Shown here piece by piece: positions 39,405 to 49,668 of a stretch of DNA of 64,000 nt. The DNA lies in assembly GCA_963674965.2 (NCBI GenBank), contig CAXXFL010000006.1, forward strand, positions 1,088,001-1,152,000. Direction: 5' to 3'. Under the pieces are notes generated by a model. The model was not told the DNA's origin. It saw only the letters and a list, made by a program, of their open reading frames with translations, and did not search any database. The position numbers were made by a program, and so were the translations under genes. Within the stretch, counting starts at the first letter, position 1; each line of letters starts with the position of its first letter. The DNA comes from a bacterium. Lineage in GTDB: Bacteria > RBG-13-61-14 > DATKZS01.

Positions 39405-41915
39405 TTACTGGCCAGCTCCGGCCTTGGCGCCGCTGAGAGATTCTCTGATTTTTGCCGCGAGCGTTTTCTTGGTAAAGGGCTTCTCTATGAAGTTTTCATA
39501 CATGCCCGGCCCGCCTCGCGCCAGGACGGTCTCGTCGGAGTATCCTGACATGAAAAGGGTCTTCATTTGCGGGTTCATTTTGGAAAGCTCGACGGCCAGT
39601 TCTCCCCCCTTTTTGCCGCGGATGACCACGTCGGCCAGGGTCAGGTCGATCTTACCCCGGTTTCGCTTCCCAATATCGATCGCTTCCTCGCCGCTTCCGG
39701 CCTCGAGCACCTTATAACCGCACTCGGTCAACATCTTTTTGGCCACCATTCTGATCGAGCTTTCATCCTCCACGATGAGGATGGTTTCTCCCGCCGACGT
39801 TTTATCGTCACAAAGATCGGGGACTTTCTGGGCTTTGGCCTCCTCGTCGGCCAGGGGCAGATACACTCGAAAGGTAGACCCCAAACCGGGACGGCTCGAG
39901 ACGGTTATGTCGCCGCCTGACTGCCTCGCAATCCCGTAAACGGTGGACAGCCCAAGGCCCGTGCCCCGGCCTTGTTCCTTGGTAGTGAAAAAAGGCTCGA
40001 AAATCTGGCCCTTTACGACGTCATCCATACCGAGGCCCGTGTCCGTGACCGAAAGGGACGCAAAGGCCGCGGCCCGACCGGCGCCTGGAGTTATTTGCTT
40101 TATGGCCTCGGCGGCGGCGACTTTTAAAGTCTCGATGAACACTTTTCCTCCCCGGGGCATGGCGTCGCGGGCGTTTATTACCAGGTTTAGCAGTATCTGT
40201 TCGATCTGGATGGGATCGGCCTTGATGTTTAGCTCCTTTTCCCAAAGACCGGTCTGAAGCTCGATATCCTCGCCTAAAAGCCTGACCAGCATTTTCTGCA
40301 CGCCGCTCACGCACTCGTTTAAGTCCATTATTTTAGGACGTATCATCGTTTTCCTGCTGAAGGTCAGAAGCTGGCGGGTAAGCGATGCCCCGCTTTCCCC
40401 GGCGGCCCTTAAAAGCTCGAGGTCTTCCCTTATTGCCCGGTCGTCGCCCATCCTCTCGAAAAGACCGTCGCATACGGCGAGGATCACCGTAAGCTGGTTG
40501 TTGAAATCATGGGCCACGCCGCCGGCCAACTTGCCGATGGCGTTCATCTTTTGGGCGTGAAGAAGCTGCTCCTCCAGTTTCTTGCGCTCGCCGATGTCCG
40601 TTATTATGGCCCGGCTCTCGATCACGTTTCCATGTTCTCCGATAATGGGATGCAAACACAACAGCCCGTGAACTTCCGCGCCAATCACGCTTTGGGCCAG
40701 AATTTCCAGGTTGTCGATCCGACGCCCGTCTTCTATCAGTTCTCCGATAGTCTCCCGGTCGCCCGGCGCCGCCTCGGAAATCAGGTCGATAAACCTCATG
40801 CCCCGCAAATGGGCGGCTTCAAGGCCAAACATCTTTCCCGCCGCCTTGTTGGCCTGGCGGATTTTTCCTTCCCCGCCGATGGTCAGATACGCGGCGGGGG
40901 CCCCGTCGTAAAGGTCCTGGTACCTTGCCTCGGAATCAAGAAGCGCCCTTTGCGCTTCTTCCCGCTCGTCAATCTCCTTTTTCAGCATGATATTCGCCTG
41001 GGTCAGGCGCTTTGTTCTTCTTTTTACTCTTCCCTCGAGTTCTTCATTGGCCTTCCGAAGGCCCCTCTGGGCCCTGGTCAGATCGGTAACGTCATGGAAA
41101 AGAGCGACAAAGCCCTTGAACTTGCCGCTGACGTCGAGCATTTTCTTCAGCTTTACCCGGTAGTTAAACTCCGCCCCCCCGCTCGATACCCGCTTTTCCA
41201 CCTCCAGCTGCTCATCGCCGGAGCGGACCAGACTTTCAATGTCATCGGAAATCCAATCGAAGCCGGGAGCGCAATCTTCATCGCTATAATAACTGGCGCC
41301 GGGAACTCCCCCCTGGCAAAACCTTTCCTGAGCCGCGTGGTTCATGCCGATTACGTTACACTTCTTGTCGAACAGGACCGCGGGATCGTAAAGGCTTTCG
41401 AATATGGTAAGGTACTTGTTCTTCTCGTTGGTCATGCGGCGGTTGGTGGACTGCAACTCCCTGGTCTTCTCTCCCTCGCCTAGGGCGGCCCATTCCATGC
41501 AGAAACCCAACTCCACCCTGTCGAAAAAGCGGTCGATATACCGGCAGGCCATCTCTTTTCGAGCGGCCTCGAAATCCGAATCTCCTATGAGGTCGATATA
41601 GCTCTGGCGGTAGTACTTCATGAGACCCAGGAACATGCCCAGCGTAACGCCCCGTTTCCTGTGGCGTTTGGCCTCGAGGATACCGAAGGCCGCGATCGGG
41701 TCGATCGAGTAATCCTCCTCCGGCGAGAGCTCGGGAGGAGAAGAGGAAGTGACAAGCGCATCGATTAACGACTCGGATAGCCTGGAAACCGAAACGCGCC
41801 AAGCCTCGGCCAGGGTCGAGGTATACTTGACGTATCCCCGTTCCCGGGCGTAGCCGATTACGCGCTGGATGATCCAGTCCTCGCTCGACTCGATAAGGGC
41901 CGCCATGGCTTCCAT
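39405..41915 (-). CDS. Hybrid PAS sensor histidine kinase with receiver domain
   Basis: Two PAS domains, GGVAHDFNN H-box, NARDAM, D.G.GM, FEPFFTTK, GTGLGL, C-terminal REC (VEDE, SGY, KPF). Confidence 0.95.
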   Translation of the reverse strand: MEAMAALIESSEDWIIQRVIGYARERGYVKYTSTLAEAWRVSVSRLSESLIDALVTSSSPPELSPEEDYSIDPIAAFGILEAKRHRKRGVTLGMFLGLMKYYRQSYIDLIGDSDFEAARKEMACRYIDRFFDRVELGFCMEWAALGEGEKTRELQSTNRRMTNEKNKYLTIFESLYDPAVLFDKKCNVIGMNHAAQERFCQGGVPGASYYSDEDCAPGFDWISDDIESLVRSGDEQLEVEKRVSSGGAEFNYRVKLKKMLDVSGKFKGFVALFHDVTDLTRAQRGLRKANEELEGRVKRRTKRLTQANIMLKKEIDEREEAQRALLDSEARYQDLYDGAPAAYLTIGGEGKIRQANKAAGKMFGLEAAHLRGMRFIDLISEAAPGDRETIGELIEDGRRIDNLEILAQSVIGAEVHGLLCLHPIIGEHGNVIESRAIITDIGERKKLEEQLLHAQKMNAIGKLAGGVAHDFNNQLTVILAVCDGLFERMGDDRAIREDLELLRAAGESGASLTRQLLTFSRKTMIRPKIMDLNECVSGVQKMLVRLLGEDIELQTGLWEKELNIKADPIQIEQILLNLVINARDAMPRGGKVFIETLKVAAAEAIKQITPGAGRAAAFASLSVTDTGLGMDDVVKGQIFEPFFTTKEQGRGTGLGLSTVYGIARQSGGDITVSSRPGLGSTFRVYLPLADEEAKAQKVPDLCDDKTSAGETILIVEDESSIRMVAKKMLTECGYKVLEAGSGEEAIDIGKRNRGKIDLTLADVVIRGKKGGELAVELSKMNPQMKTLFMSGYSDETVLARGGPGMYENFIEKPFTKKTLAAKIRESLSGAKAGAGQ

Positions 41916-42363
41916 GCGCTTCGCCTTTCAAACCGGGCGATAAAGATCGCCTTCTAAATGGCCAACAACTTCGGCGTTTTGGGAGTCCCCGTCTCCTCAT
42001 TTATCCAGAGAGTGGAAATAATTTGCTTTTCGATGCGTCGAGCGCGAGCGTCAACTTCGTGAGCGGTCTCGTGGGGTATATGGTTTTGACGTTAACGACG
42101 TTCCTTCCCTACGGCACGGAAGTCGCGATCGTTCCTCTTCCCGAATCTCAGTCGAAACCGCCAGGTAAGATCGAATATCACATTATCATATATTTTTTAA
42201 AAGGCAAGCAAAAAAAGTATAAAAGGAAAACGCATATGCGTCGGCCCAGCGGCCTCGGCGCGAGGGTAACCATGAGGCCGCCAAGCCGCCGGCCAAACAA
42301 GATTCGGCGCCGCGGCGCCTTGCGAGGTTGTCCTATATAGAGCGCGCCCTTGTCCCCGCACCA

Positions 42364-42437
42364 ATAAGCCCCGTCACCCACGCAAGATGCGTGGGCGACC
42401 CGGAATGGTGGCGGCCGGAAGTTTGGCAAACCCCTCA
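42364..42437. repeat. Family R partial copy plus flank, nearly identical to 47057-47120
   Basis: 42374-42437 vs 47057-47120: 63 of 64 nt identical. Confidence 0.85.
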
Positions 42438-42597
42438 AGACCGTGTAGCCCATCTCGCGAGCCGTCGGCGAACTCTTCGAAAAAACCCGGGCCATGCTCG
42501 AAAGACTTCATCGCGTCCAAATCCTCCAGGTCTCTAACCGGGCCGAGTTTTTTCGAACCGCTGGGCGCCCCGTCTTTTTCATGATCGGAAGAGTTGC

Positions 42598-43113
42598 TCA
42601 TTTTTTCCTTCTACTTGATCGCGACGAAAAATCAAAAGCCAGCACGTCTTCATCGGTTAACTCGGGGCCCGTATAGACCATCGCCTTGCCGTGGCACGCG
42701 CCGACCGCGATGGCAAGTTCCAGGAGCGCCCTTTCCTCCACCATGGTAAGACCGCCCTCGAGCCTGGTTAATGGATGAATCACCATGGCGGGCCTTAGCC
42801 TTAATATCTTTCTCGGTCTTCCGCGGCCGAGTTCCCGGATAAAACGCCTCAGCGTGGCCTCGGCGATCGTGAAGTCGCTTATTATCGAGCGAGGATGGTC
42901 GAATCCATTACATAAAACCACGCCATGGCCCTCCCCGCGTTCGCGGGCGGCTTTGCCGATCATTACTATTTCTTGCCTTCCCTTCGAATTTATCGCCACC
43001 CAGGGTTCGTCCTCATAGTGGGATTTGGTGATGACGCCGCGCACGGACAAAAGGTCGGGCCTGATTCGAACGTATAGAGCGTCGGTCAAATAATCTCTTA
43101 GCCGGTTACGCAT
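42598..43113 (-). CDS. Short MreB N-terminal-like (YjaA-like) protein
   Basis: EPWVAI..IGK.A, F.HPR.IISDFTIAE, EGGLT.VEERAL.ELA...GA motifs; 171 aa. Confidence 0.7.
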   Translation of the reverse strand: MRNRLRDYLTDALYVRIRPDLLSVRGVITKSHYEDEPWVAINSKGRQEIVMIGKAARERGEGHGVVLCNGFDHPRSIISDFTIAEATLRRFIRELGRGRPRKILRLRPAMVIHPLTRLEGGLTMVEERALLELAIAVGACHGKAMVYTGPELTDEDVLAFDFSSRSSRRKK

Positions 43114-43182
43114 GTTGCCTCCCAATCGGCCCTACGGCTTCCTCGTCAGCTTCTCGGCCAGTTTCAGCGCCAGGCCGGTTTG

Positions 43183-43328
43183 GGGTCGCCCATGCATCAT
43201 GCATGGGCGGCGTAAGCCGCGGGCTGAGGTCCTCAATTTCCAGCCACGCCGTTGTCATCCAATTCGACGTGAGGAAAAAACCGGGCGCATGCCTTTTCTC
43301 CGAAACCATAAGCCCCGTAGCTCCGCTC
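43183..43328. repeat. Family R copy, one end lost; close to 46912-47050
   Basis: gggtcgcccatgcatcatgcatgggcggcgtaagccgcgggctgaggtcctc...gaaaaaaccgggcgcatgc...cataagccc. Confidence 0.85.
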
Positions 43329-43492
43329 CGTTCAGTCCTCCATTGAATCAAGATTCGGAGTGATCGATGATATCCAAAATAGAGAATCTACTTTGGTTTA
43401 ACAAAATTTAGCCTTGGAAAGAGCAAGGTCCGTCACGATATTTTCCTCGCGTTCAGATTTTCGCGGGTGTTTTGGCCCCACCAGTATCTTGT

Positions 43493-46400
43493 TTAAAAAG
43501 GAGCGGGATACTCATCGAGCCTCTCTATTGCTCTCTTATATCCGGGCGCCGCCTCGACCGCCATTCGATAGTGCCTAACGGCCGACTTTTTATTCTTCAT
43601 TATCTCGTGGCACCCGCCTAAGTAGTAGTCCCATATCCATTTAAAATCGCTTCTCCTTTTCATTCTCTCAAACAAAGCGAGCACTACCTTGTGATCGGAC
43701 GATTTGGTCATTCCCATGAATTCCATGCCGAGTTCACCGAGTAGTATTTCACCTTGAAACCCTTCCGGTAGGTCAAGGCTTCGGGAGAGCAGATCGAAAT
43801 GTTTTCGAGCGTCCTTAACGTTTTTGGATTTGACCGACACGAGCGCGGCGATCATTTGATCATAACAGGGCTTGTAATGCGAACGGTATAGAATCTCGGC
43901 GCTTTCAACGGCCTGCTTCTTCTTGCCGGCCTCGAATTGCGCGCGTATGGTGAGGTAAGTAATGATTTGTTGCTCCAGGATGAATTTGTTTTTCTCGGGG
44001 ATATCCTCGAGGATTATCAAGGCTTCCTCATAGTCATGTCCGAACAGCGCGACGTCGGCGCGTAAAGCGTCGTCGATCGAGGATTGCTTCTCTTCCTTTC
44101 CAAATTTCTCCAGGGCCTTTGTGGCCGAGACCGCGTCGCCTTTTCCATAAAGGTCCCAAAGACAAACGAGAGACAAATAGTAGCGGTCATAATCCTTGTG
44201 CTTTTTCGGAGGAGTTGCCTGGATGAAATCATTTTCCTTTTGCCCACGCACTCGCGCTTCAAAAATGCGGTTTAAAGACGACATGGAAGGCGACATTTCA
44301 AAAGCCTTTTCAAATTTTTCCGACGCGCGGTCGAGTTCTCCCCGCTCCATCAAAGTTTCTCCCCAATCCCCGTATATCCATTTGCCGTTCGGGTATCTTT
44401 CAACCGCCCTCGCGAATTCCGCGTCCGATTTAGCATAATCTCCGACCGCGTTATACCCTTTGGCCAAACCAACTATCGCGCCGCCCTGCCAATAACTTAT
44501 TTTTGAGGCTTTTTGGTAGTAATCCATGGCCTTGAATTTATTTCCCTCGCCCAGGTGGATGTTCCCTATACTTACAAGCGTAACCGTCCGACAAAGAGGA
44601 GACTCGTCCACCTCCAACTCGCGTCTCATTACTTTCAAAGCCTTTTCAACTTGCCCTTTTTCCATATACAAATCTCTTAGTTTCGAATAGTACTTTTTAT
44701 TGCCTGGGTCTTTCTTTATGGCCTCCTCAAGCCGTCCGATACTATCGTCGATCATAACCGGCGTTTCGGGCGCCGCTTTAACTATCACGCTTCCTTCAAG
44801 TTTGTCCGCCTCCTCGTGTTTGCCGGCTTGTCTGAGGACCCTGGCTTTATAGGATTTGGCCACTGATGAATCAGGTCTCGCGAACAGCATGGCGTCAATG
44901 GAGTCTTGATAAGGACTCCATCCCTTTCTCTGAAATGCATATGGCGCAACCCGTTTATTAAGGCTGTAATCGTAGGGCCACCGTCGGGAGATTCTGGCCA
45001 TCTGAGGCCCCGCTTTTGGGTCCAACGTCTTTTCCGCGTAATAGACAATGGCTTTGAGTAACTCCGTATTGTCCTCGAATCTTCGAGTCCGCTTGAACAT
45101 CAGACGCTTGGCTTCTTCGAATTTTTTAAACGCCATCAAGTACCGTCCGGCGTCGGCCTGGGGCTCGGCCATTTCCGGATACAGTTCATATTGTTCCACG
45201 AGTATCTTTTCCCACTGCTCGGGCCAGTTGATCGCCTTGACCATTCCCAGGTGGCCGTCGATGTTCAGATAGGTTATGGCGTTTAAGTAATCGACAAGCA
45301 GCATCGGACCGGCGTTCAAGCCGGGCAAAGGACGTTCCCGCAGGCGCTCCGTATCCTTCTGTACAAGCTTGCGCCACTCATCTTCCCGCTTTCTGAAATC
45401 CCGCAGGGACGCGTAATACGTCCCCCTTTTCATACCTAATATGTTGGCGTTCCCGCGCGAATCCGCGTTCGCTTTCGAAAACGCCTTTTTAACCGGCGCT
45501 CTTTCCATATCTGGCGCTATAGGGACCGCTCCCTGCTCCCATTGCCTCTCCATGTCGTCCATGGCGGCCATCCCGAACTTTGAAGTACCGTCGACCGCCG
45601 CCAGGAAAAAGTTCATGCCCGATACAAAATCGCTTTTTGCATAGAACTTGCCGGACAGTTTTGTATTGACCCAAAGAGATTGCAGAGGCTCCAGTTCGTA
45701 TAGTTCCTTAAACTTTTCCCAGGAATCCTTGTCCTTTAAAGTGGCAAGCGCCAGTTTATGGACGAAATAATCATCCGACTGCTCCTCGTCCAACTCTCGA
45801 AGCCTGGAGTGACTAACCCACCACAGGTATATTGCTTTGGCCCTGACCTTTTCTCGGCCCATCTTCTCCGCCAGTTTCACTTCCTTTTCCGCTCGATATT
45901 CTCGGTTGGTGACGTAGTCGATCCATGCCGCGGCCCGGTTTGCGTCCGGGTCTTGAGGGCCGTATATAAGCGCTATCCGGGAGGCGCAAAAAGCCGGAAG
46001 ATTGTACCGGTCGGCCAGTCCCGCCACTTCTCTAAACTCGAATCCCATTGAAGACCAGGCCTCGGACAAGCCGGCCCACGCCTTGGGGTCGCTCGGGTTA
46101 GAGACCGCGGCGGCGGAGAAACTGTCAATGGCGCGGATCAAGGAAAACGGATCGCTTTTCAGGAGCAGCTCTTGCCCCCGTTGCATCGCGTCCTTGTCCG
46201 TGAGGCGCGAGTTTCCCTTTTTCAACGAGAATTTCCTTTTCCCTGGATGACGCTTGGCGATCTCTTTTGCAAGTTCGCGCGCGCTTTCCATCTGCAGGTC
46301 TTCCATGATCGATGGAGACATTCCCTTTTGCGACAACGTCTTCTCAAAACCGCCGGCGGCCTTGGCGGAACAGTCATAATCCCTTATTACGATTTTTGTA

Positions 46401-46894
46401 GCGTCGATGTCCATGAACAACTCCGCGAAGTAAAGCCGGTTTACGTTCAGGGCGGAGCAGCTTTGATTTAGAAGTTCAACCGCTTCCTCGTCCTCGCCGA
46501 AGGTCGGTTGTTTCTTGCGGTTCTCCGGCCGGTAGTAAATATCCTTGACCTGGCTTATCGCTTCCGGAAGAGGCATGGCCGCCGTGGAATAAACGTCCGC
46601 CAGCGCCGTTGCCACTTGGTCGAACCCTCTGCGCAAGCATATATCGAAGCTGTAGTCGTTGCCGTGATGCATAATTATCGGCAGCACCGCCAGGTCGGAA
46701 GCGGGACCGGCTTGGACGGCCCTTATATAGTCGTTGCTCATAAGCGGCGTTTCCAGTTCGTAGATGGGGCCCTTCGGGGCGGGAGGCGCCGGCGGCTTCT
46801 TGCGCTCCACCCATGTTGACACGCCGAAAAATCCTAACAGCAGCGCGAAAACGACCGCCACCGTTATTACGGCCAATACTAATATTCGTTTCAT
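43493..46894 (-). CDS. Large membrane-anchored TPR-repeat protein
   Basis: N-terminal TM helix, multiple TPR-like repeats, lower GC. Confidence 0.75.
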   Translation of the reverse strand: MKRILVLAVITVAVVFALLLGFFGVSTWVERKKPPAPPAPKGPIYELETPLMSNDYIRAVQAGPASDLAVLPIIMHHGNDYSFDICLRRGFDQVATALADVYSTAAMPLPEAISQVKDIYYRPENRKKQPTFGEDEEAVELLNQSCSALNVNRLYFAELFMDIDATKIVIRDYDCSAKAAGGFEKTLSQKGMSPSIMEDLQMESARELAKEIAKRHPGKRKFSLKKGNSRLTDKDAMQRGQELLLKSDPFSLIRAIDSFSAAAVSNPSDPKAWAGLSEAWSSMGFEFREVAGLADRYNLPAFCASRIALIYGPQDPDANRAAAWIDYVTNREYRAEKEVKLAEKMGREKVRAKAIYLWWVSHSRLRELDEEQSDDYFVHKLALATLKDKDSWEKFKELYELEPLQSLWVNTKLSGKFYAKSDFVSGMNFFLAAVDGTSKFGMAAMDDMERQWEQGAVPIAPDMERAPVKKAFSKANADSRGNANILGMKRGTYYASLRDFRKREDEWRKLVQKDTERLRERPLPGLNAGPMLLVDYLNAITYLNIDGHLGMVKAINWPEQWEKILVEQYELYPEMAEPQADAGRYLMAFKKFEEAKRLMFKRTRRFEDNTELLKAIVYYAEKTLDPKAGPQMARISRRWPYDYSLNKRVAPYAFQRKGWSPYQDSIDAMLFARPDSSVAKSYKARVLRQAGKHEEADKLEGSVIVKAAPETPVMIDDSIGRLEEAIKKDPGNKKYYSKLRDLYMEKGQVEKALKVMRRELEVDESPLCRTVTLVSIGNIHLGEGNKFKAMDYYQKASKISYWQGGAIVGLAKGYNAVGDYAKSDAEFARAVERYPNGKWIYGDWGETLMERGELDRASEKFEKAFEMSPSMSSLNRIFEARVRGQKENDFIQATPPKKHKDYDRYYLSLVCLWDLYGKGDAVSATKALEKFGKEEKQSSIDDALRADVALFGHDYEEALIILEDIPEKNKFILEQQIITYLTIRAQFEAGKKKQAVESAEILYRSHYKPCYDQMIAALVSVKSKNVKDARKHFDLLSRSLDLPEGFQGEILLGELGMEFMGMTKSSDHKVVLALFERMKRRSDFKWIWDYYLGGCHEIMKNKKSAVRHYRMAVEAAPGYKRAIERLDEYPAPF

Positions 46895-46911
46895 CTACAT
46901 CCTCCTTAACG

Positions 46912-47120
46912 AGGTCCCCCACGCGTCATGCATGGGCGGCGTAAGCCGCGGGCTGAGGTCCTCCATTTCCAGACCCGACGCGGCCATCCAATCCGACGCG
47001 GGGAAAAAACCGGGCGCATGCTCCTATCTCCGAGGCCATAAGCCCGTTCGCCGCGCTCACCCAAGCAAGATGCGTGGGCGACCCGGAATGGTGGCGGCCG
47101 GAAGTTTGGCAAACCCCTCA
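46912..47120. repeat. Family R complete doublet (reverse orientation) plus shared flank
   Basis: Both terminal hairpins present; ends ...tgcgtgggcgaccc at 47084. Confidence 0.85.
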
Positions 47121-47156
47121 GGCCGGCTCCACTCATTCATCCTATATCATACGGGC

Positions 47157-47897
47157 TCACATGAAAAGCGGCCTCAATAGCACGGCGCCGGCGATGAGGA
47201 GGAGGACGTAGATCATCATGCTGAAGGGTTTTTGGGGGATGCGGTCGTGGAGGAGGTTGCCGAAGAAGGTCCCGAAGGCCACGCAGGGCAGTCCGGTCAG
47301 GACGATGGGTATCATGCTCGTCTCCCACGCTCCCGAGGCCGTGTAGGTGGCGCAGAGGATGACGTTGAGCACGGCCCAGACCAGGCTGAGGGTGGCGCGG
47401 AAGGATGATTTTTCGGGCAGCATCTTGGCGGCGTAGATGACCAGGAAGGGCCCGCCGCTGGCCAGCGCCCCCTGGGTGACGCCGCCCAACAGGTTAAGGG
47501 CGTGATAAAAGCCGTCGGGGATTTTGCGAGAGGTCCTGGCCCCGGCCAGGTTCCACAGGGCCACGAAGACCACGAAGAATCCAAGGGCCAGCTTGAGGCT
47601 CTCAGTCGGCAGGTAGCGGTAAACGGCGTAGCCCAAGGGCAGTCCGATAAGGGAGAGGATTACGATGGACCGGGCGTGGGTCCGGTCGAGGTGGTCCCGC
47701 TCGGTATAGGCGAAGTAGCCGCACTGGACGAGGTTGATGATAATTAGCGCCGGTATCAGGGTTTTAAGCTCGAAGAAGAAGATGAGCACGGGCAGGATAA
47801 GGACGATGGCGCCGAAGCCGGTAATGCCCTGGACAAGGTGCGATATGCAAAGCGATATCGCCAGCACCGAATATTTTACCGCGTCGGGACTATCCAT
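47157..47897 (-). CDS. TSUP (TauE/SafE) family transporter
   Basis: VQGITGFG, GLPLG, SGGPFLV, FRATL motifs; about 8 TM helices. Confidence 0.85.
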   Translation of the reverse strand: MDSPDAVKYSVLAISLCISHLVQGITGFGAIVLILPVLIFFFELKTLIPALIIINLVQCGYFAYTERDHLDRTHARSIVILSLIGLPLGYAVYRYLPTESLKLALGFFVVFVALWNLAGARTSRKIPDGFYHALNLLGGVTQGALASGGPFLVIYAAKMLPEKSSFRATLSLVWAVLNVILCATYTASGAWETSMIPIVLTGLPCVAFGTFFGNLLHDRIPQKPFSMMIYVLLLIAGAVLLRPLFM

Positions 47898-48178
47898 CTT
47901 TAACCACCGGACGGTTTAGATGTTACGCCAAGATGGGGATTTAGACAAAAGTTAAAAACCGGCCCGATAAACTTGAGAAGGCGCGCCCCGGCCGGGGCTA
48001 TACAAGGGGGGAAAAGGAATGGGCTGAACCGGAGCTATTCATTCAACATTACTTTCCCGTTCCCGGCTTTCTTTCGTCGAAAAACACTTCTTCTTTCGAG
48101 ACCGGTTTGGACATGGAAGGATTTGGATATATCTTCATTGGCGAGGGGGCCATACAAGGCCCGACGGGGGGAAGCCTA

Positions 48179-49252
48179 ATGAAAGCGAAAGTATATCTTG
48201 CCAGGGTGAAGGACGGCGCCGAGCCGGAGCGGCAGGCCAAGGCGGCCAGGTCGGCGCTTTTGGCTACGGGGTTTATCGATCGGCTCATGGCCCGCGACAT
48301 GGTGGCCATCAAGGTACACGTGGGCGAGAGGCATAACGACACGCACGCGCCGCCCGAGATAGCGGCGGCCATGGTTGCCGCGGCGAGGAAGGCCAAGGCC
48401 CAGTGTTTCATCACCGACACCTCGACCCTCTACAAGGGAAGGCGTGAGAACGCCATCGTCCACGCCCTCCACGCCCATGACCACGGCTTTTCCATCGAGA
48501 ACACGGGGGCTCCCTTCTTGCCGGTGGACGGCCTCTCGGGCACGGATGAGGCGGAGGTCGAAATAAAGGGAGAGCTTTTCGAGAGCGTCAAGGTCGCGGG
48601 CCAGATACTTCTGGCCGACGCCATGATCATGATCAGCCACCCGACGGGCCATCCGGCCTCGGGCCTGGGCGCGGCCATCAAGAACGCGGGCATGGGCCTT
48701 GCCTCCCGGGCGGGCAAGATGCGCCAGCACAGCTCGATCACTCCCGAGGTGGACGCCGGCAAATGCACCAACTGCGGCAAGTGCAGGAAGTGGTGCCCCA
48801 AGGACGCCATCAGCGAGAAGGACGACGTTTCCTATATCCACCAGAAGAGCTGCATCGGCTGCGGCGAGTGCATAGCCGTGTGCCGTTTCGGGGCCATCAT
48901 GTGGGACTGGAAGATCGAGTCGCCCGTGGTGCAAAGGTCGATCGCCGAGTACGCCGCCGGGGCACTCAGGCACTTCGGGGACAAGGCCGTCTTTATAAAC
49001 GCTCTTACCAACATGACCCAGGACTGCGACTGCTTTAACCGGAAACAAAAGAAGATCATACCCGACGTGGGCATAGTGGCCTCGACGGACATAGTGGCGG
49101 CGGACCAGGCCACCCTGGACCTGACCATCCAGGAGGGGGGCAAGAACCTGGCGCAATTATCCTACGGGCGGCTGGACTCTTCCATCCAGCTCGATCACGC
49201 CGTCAAGATGGGACTGGGAACCAGGGAATACGAGATCGAGGAGGTCAAATAG
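48179..49252 (+). CDS. DUF362 Fe-S protein with ferredoxin domain
   Basis: VAIKVHVGE, TDTSTLY.G.R.N, GAAIKN.GMG.ASR.GK..QH, two CxxCxxCxxxC, CDC. Confidence 0.9.
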   Translation: MKAKVYLARVKDGAEPERQAKAARSALLATGFIDRLMARDMVAIKVHVGERHNDTHAPPEIAAAMVAAARKAKAQCFITDTSTLYKGRRENAIVHALHAHDHGFSIENTGAPFLPVDGLSGTDEAEVEIKGELFESVKVAGQILLADAMIMISHPTGHPASGLGAAIKNAGMGLASRAGKMRQHSSITPEVDAGKCTNCGKCRKWCPKDAISEKDDVSYIHQKSCIGCGECIAVCRFGAIMWDWKIESPVVQRSIAEYAAGALRHFGDKAVFINALTNMTQDCDCFNRKQKKIIPDVGIVASTDIVAADQATLDLTIQEGGKNLAQLSYGRLDSSIQLDHAVKMGLGTREYEIEEVK

Positions 49253-49399
49253 CCGCTGGTACTTCGGCCGCTTATTTTTGTCGGGTCGTCGCGTCATTAA
49301 AAACGGTGATGAAGCGACTCGGCAAACAAGCCGGCATTTAAGCGCGCAATCGTCCCGCTCCGTTGCGAAGCCGTCGGCAAACGACCTCGATTCCCTGGA

Positions 49400-49555
49400 C
49401 CAAAGCCCGTTCGCCGCGCTCACCCACGCAAAATGCGTGGGCGACCCGGATTCCGGACGGCTCGAAGTCATATAACGACCTGTAAGTCTGGGTCGCCCAT
49501 GCATTCTGCATGGGCGGCGTAAGCCGCAGGCTGAGTCCCTCCTGCCGCCGGCCCC
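49400..49555. repeat. Family R junction: end of one doublet, ~42-nt spacer, start of the next
   Basis: ctcacccacgcaaaatgcgtgggcgaccc ... gggtcgcccatgcattctgcatgggcggcgtaagccgc; spacer resembles the reverse complement of 24834-24875. Confidence 0.85.
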
Positions 49556-49668
49556 CTTCCGGCCCGTTCGCTTTTCTCGCCCACCCGATTTTATCCGGTC
49601 ATCGCTCCGTATTGGCGGCAAGGCCAAGACGCGCCCAACAAGCAAGCCGACATTTTATAGTCGGAGTA

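Noticed and set aside
41916-42200. Riboswitch in the long region upstream of the histidine kinase
   Set aside because: No recognisable aptamer consensus or terminator
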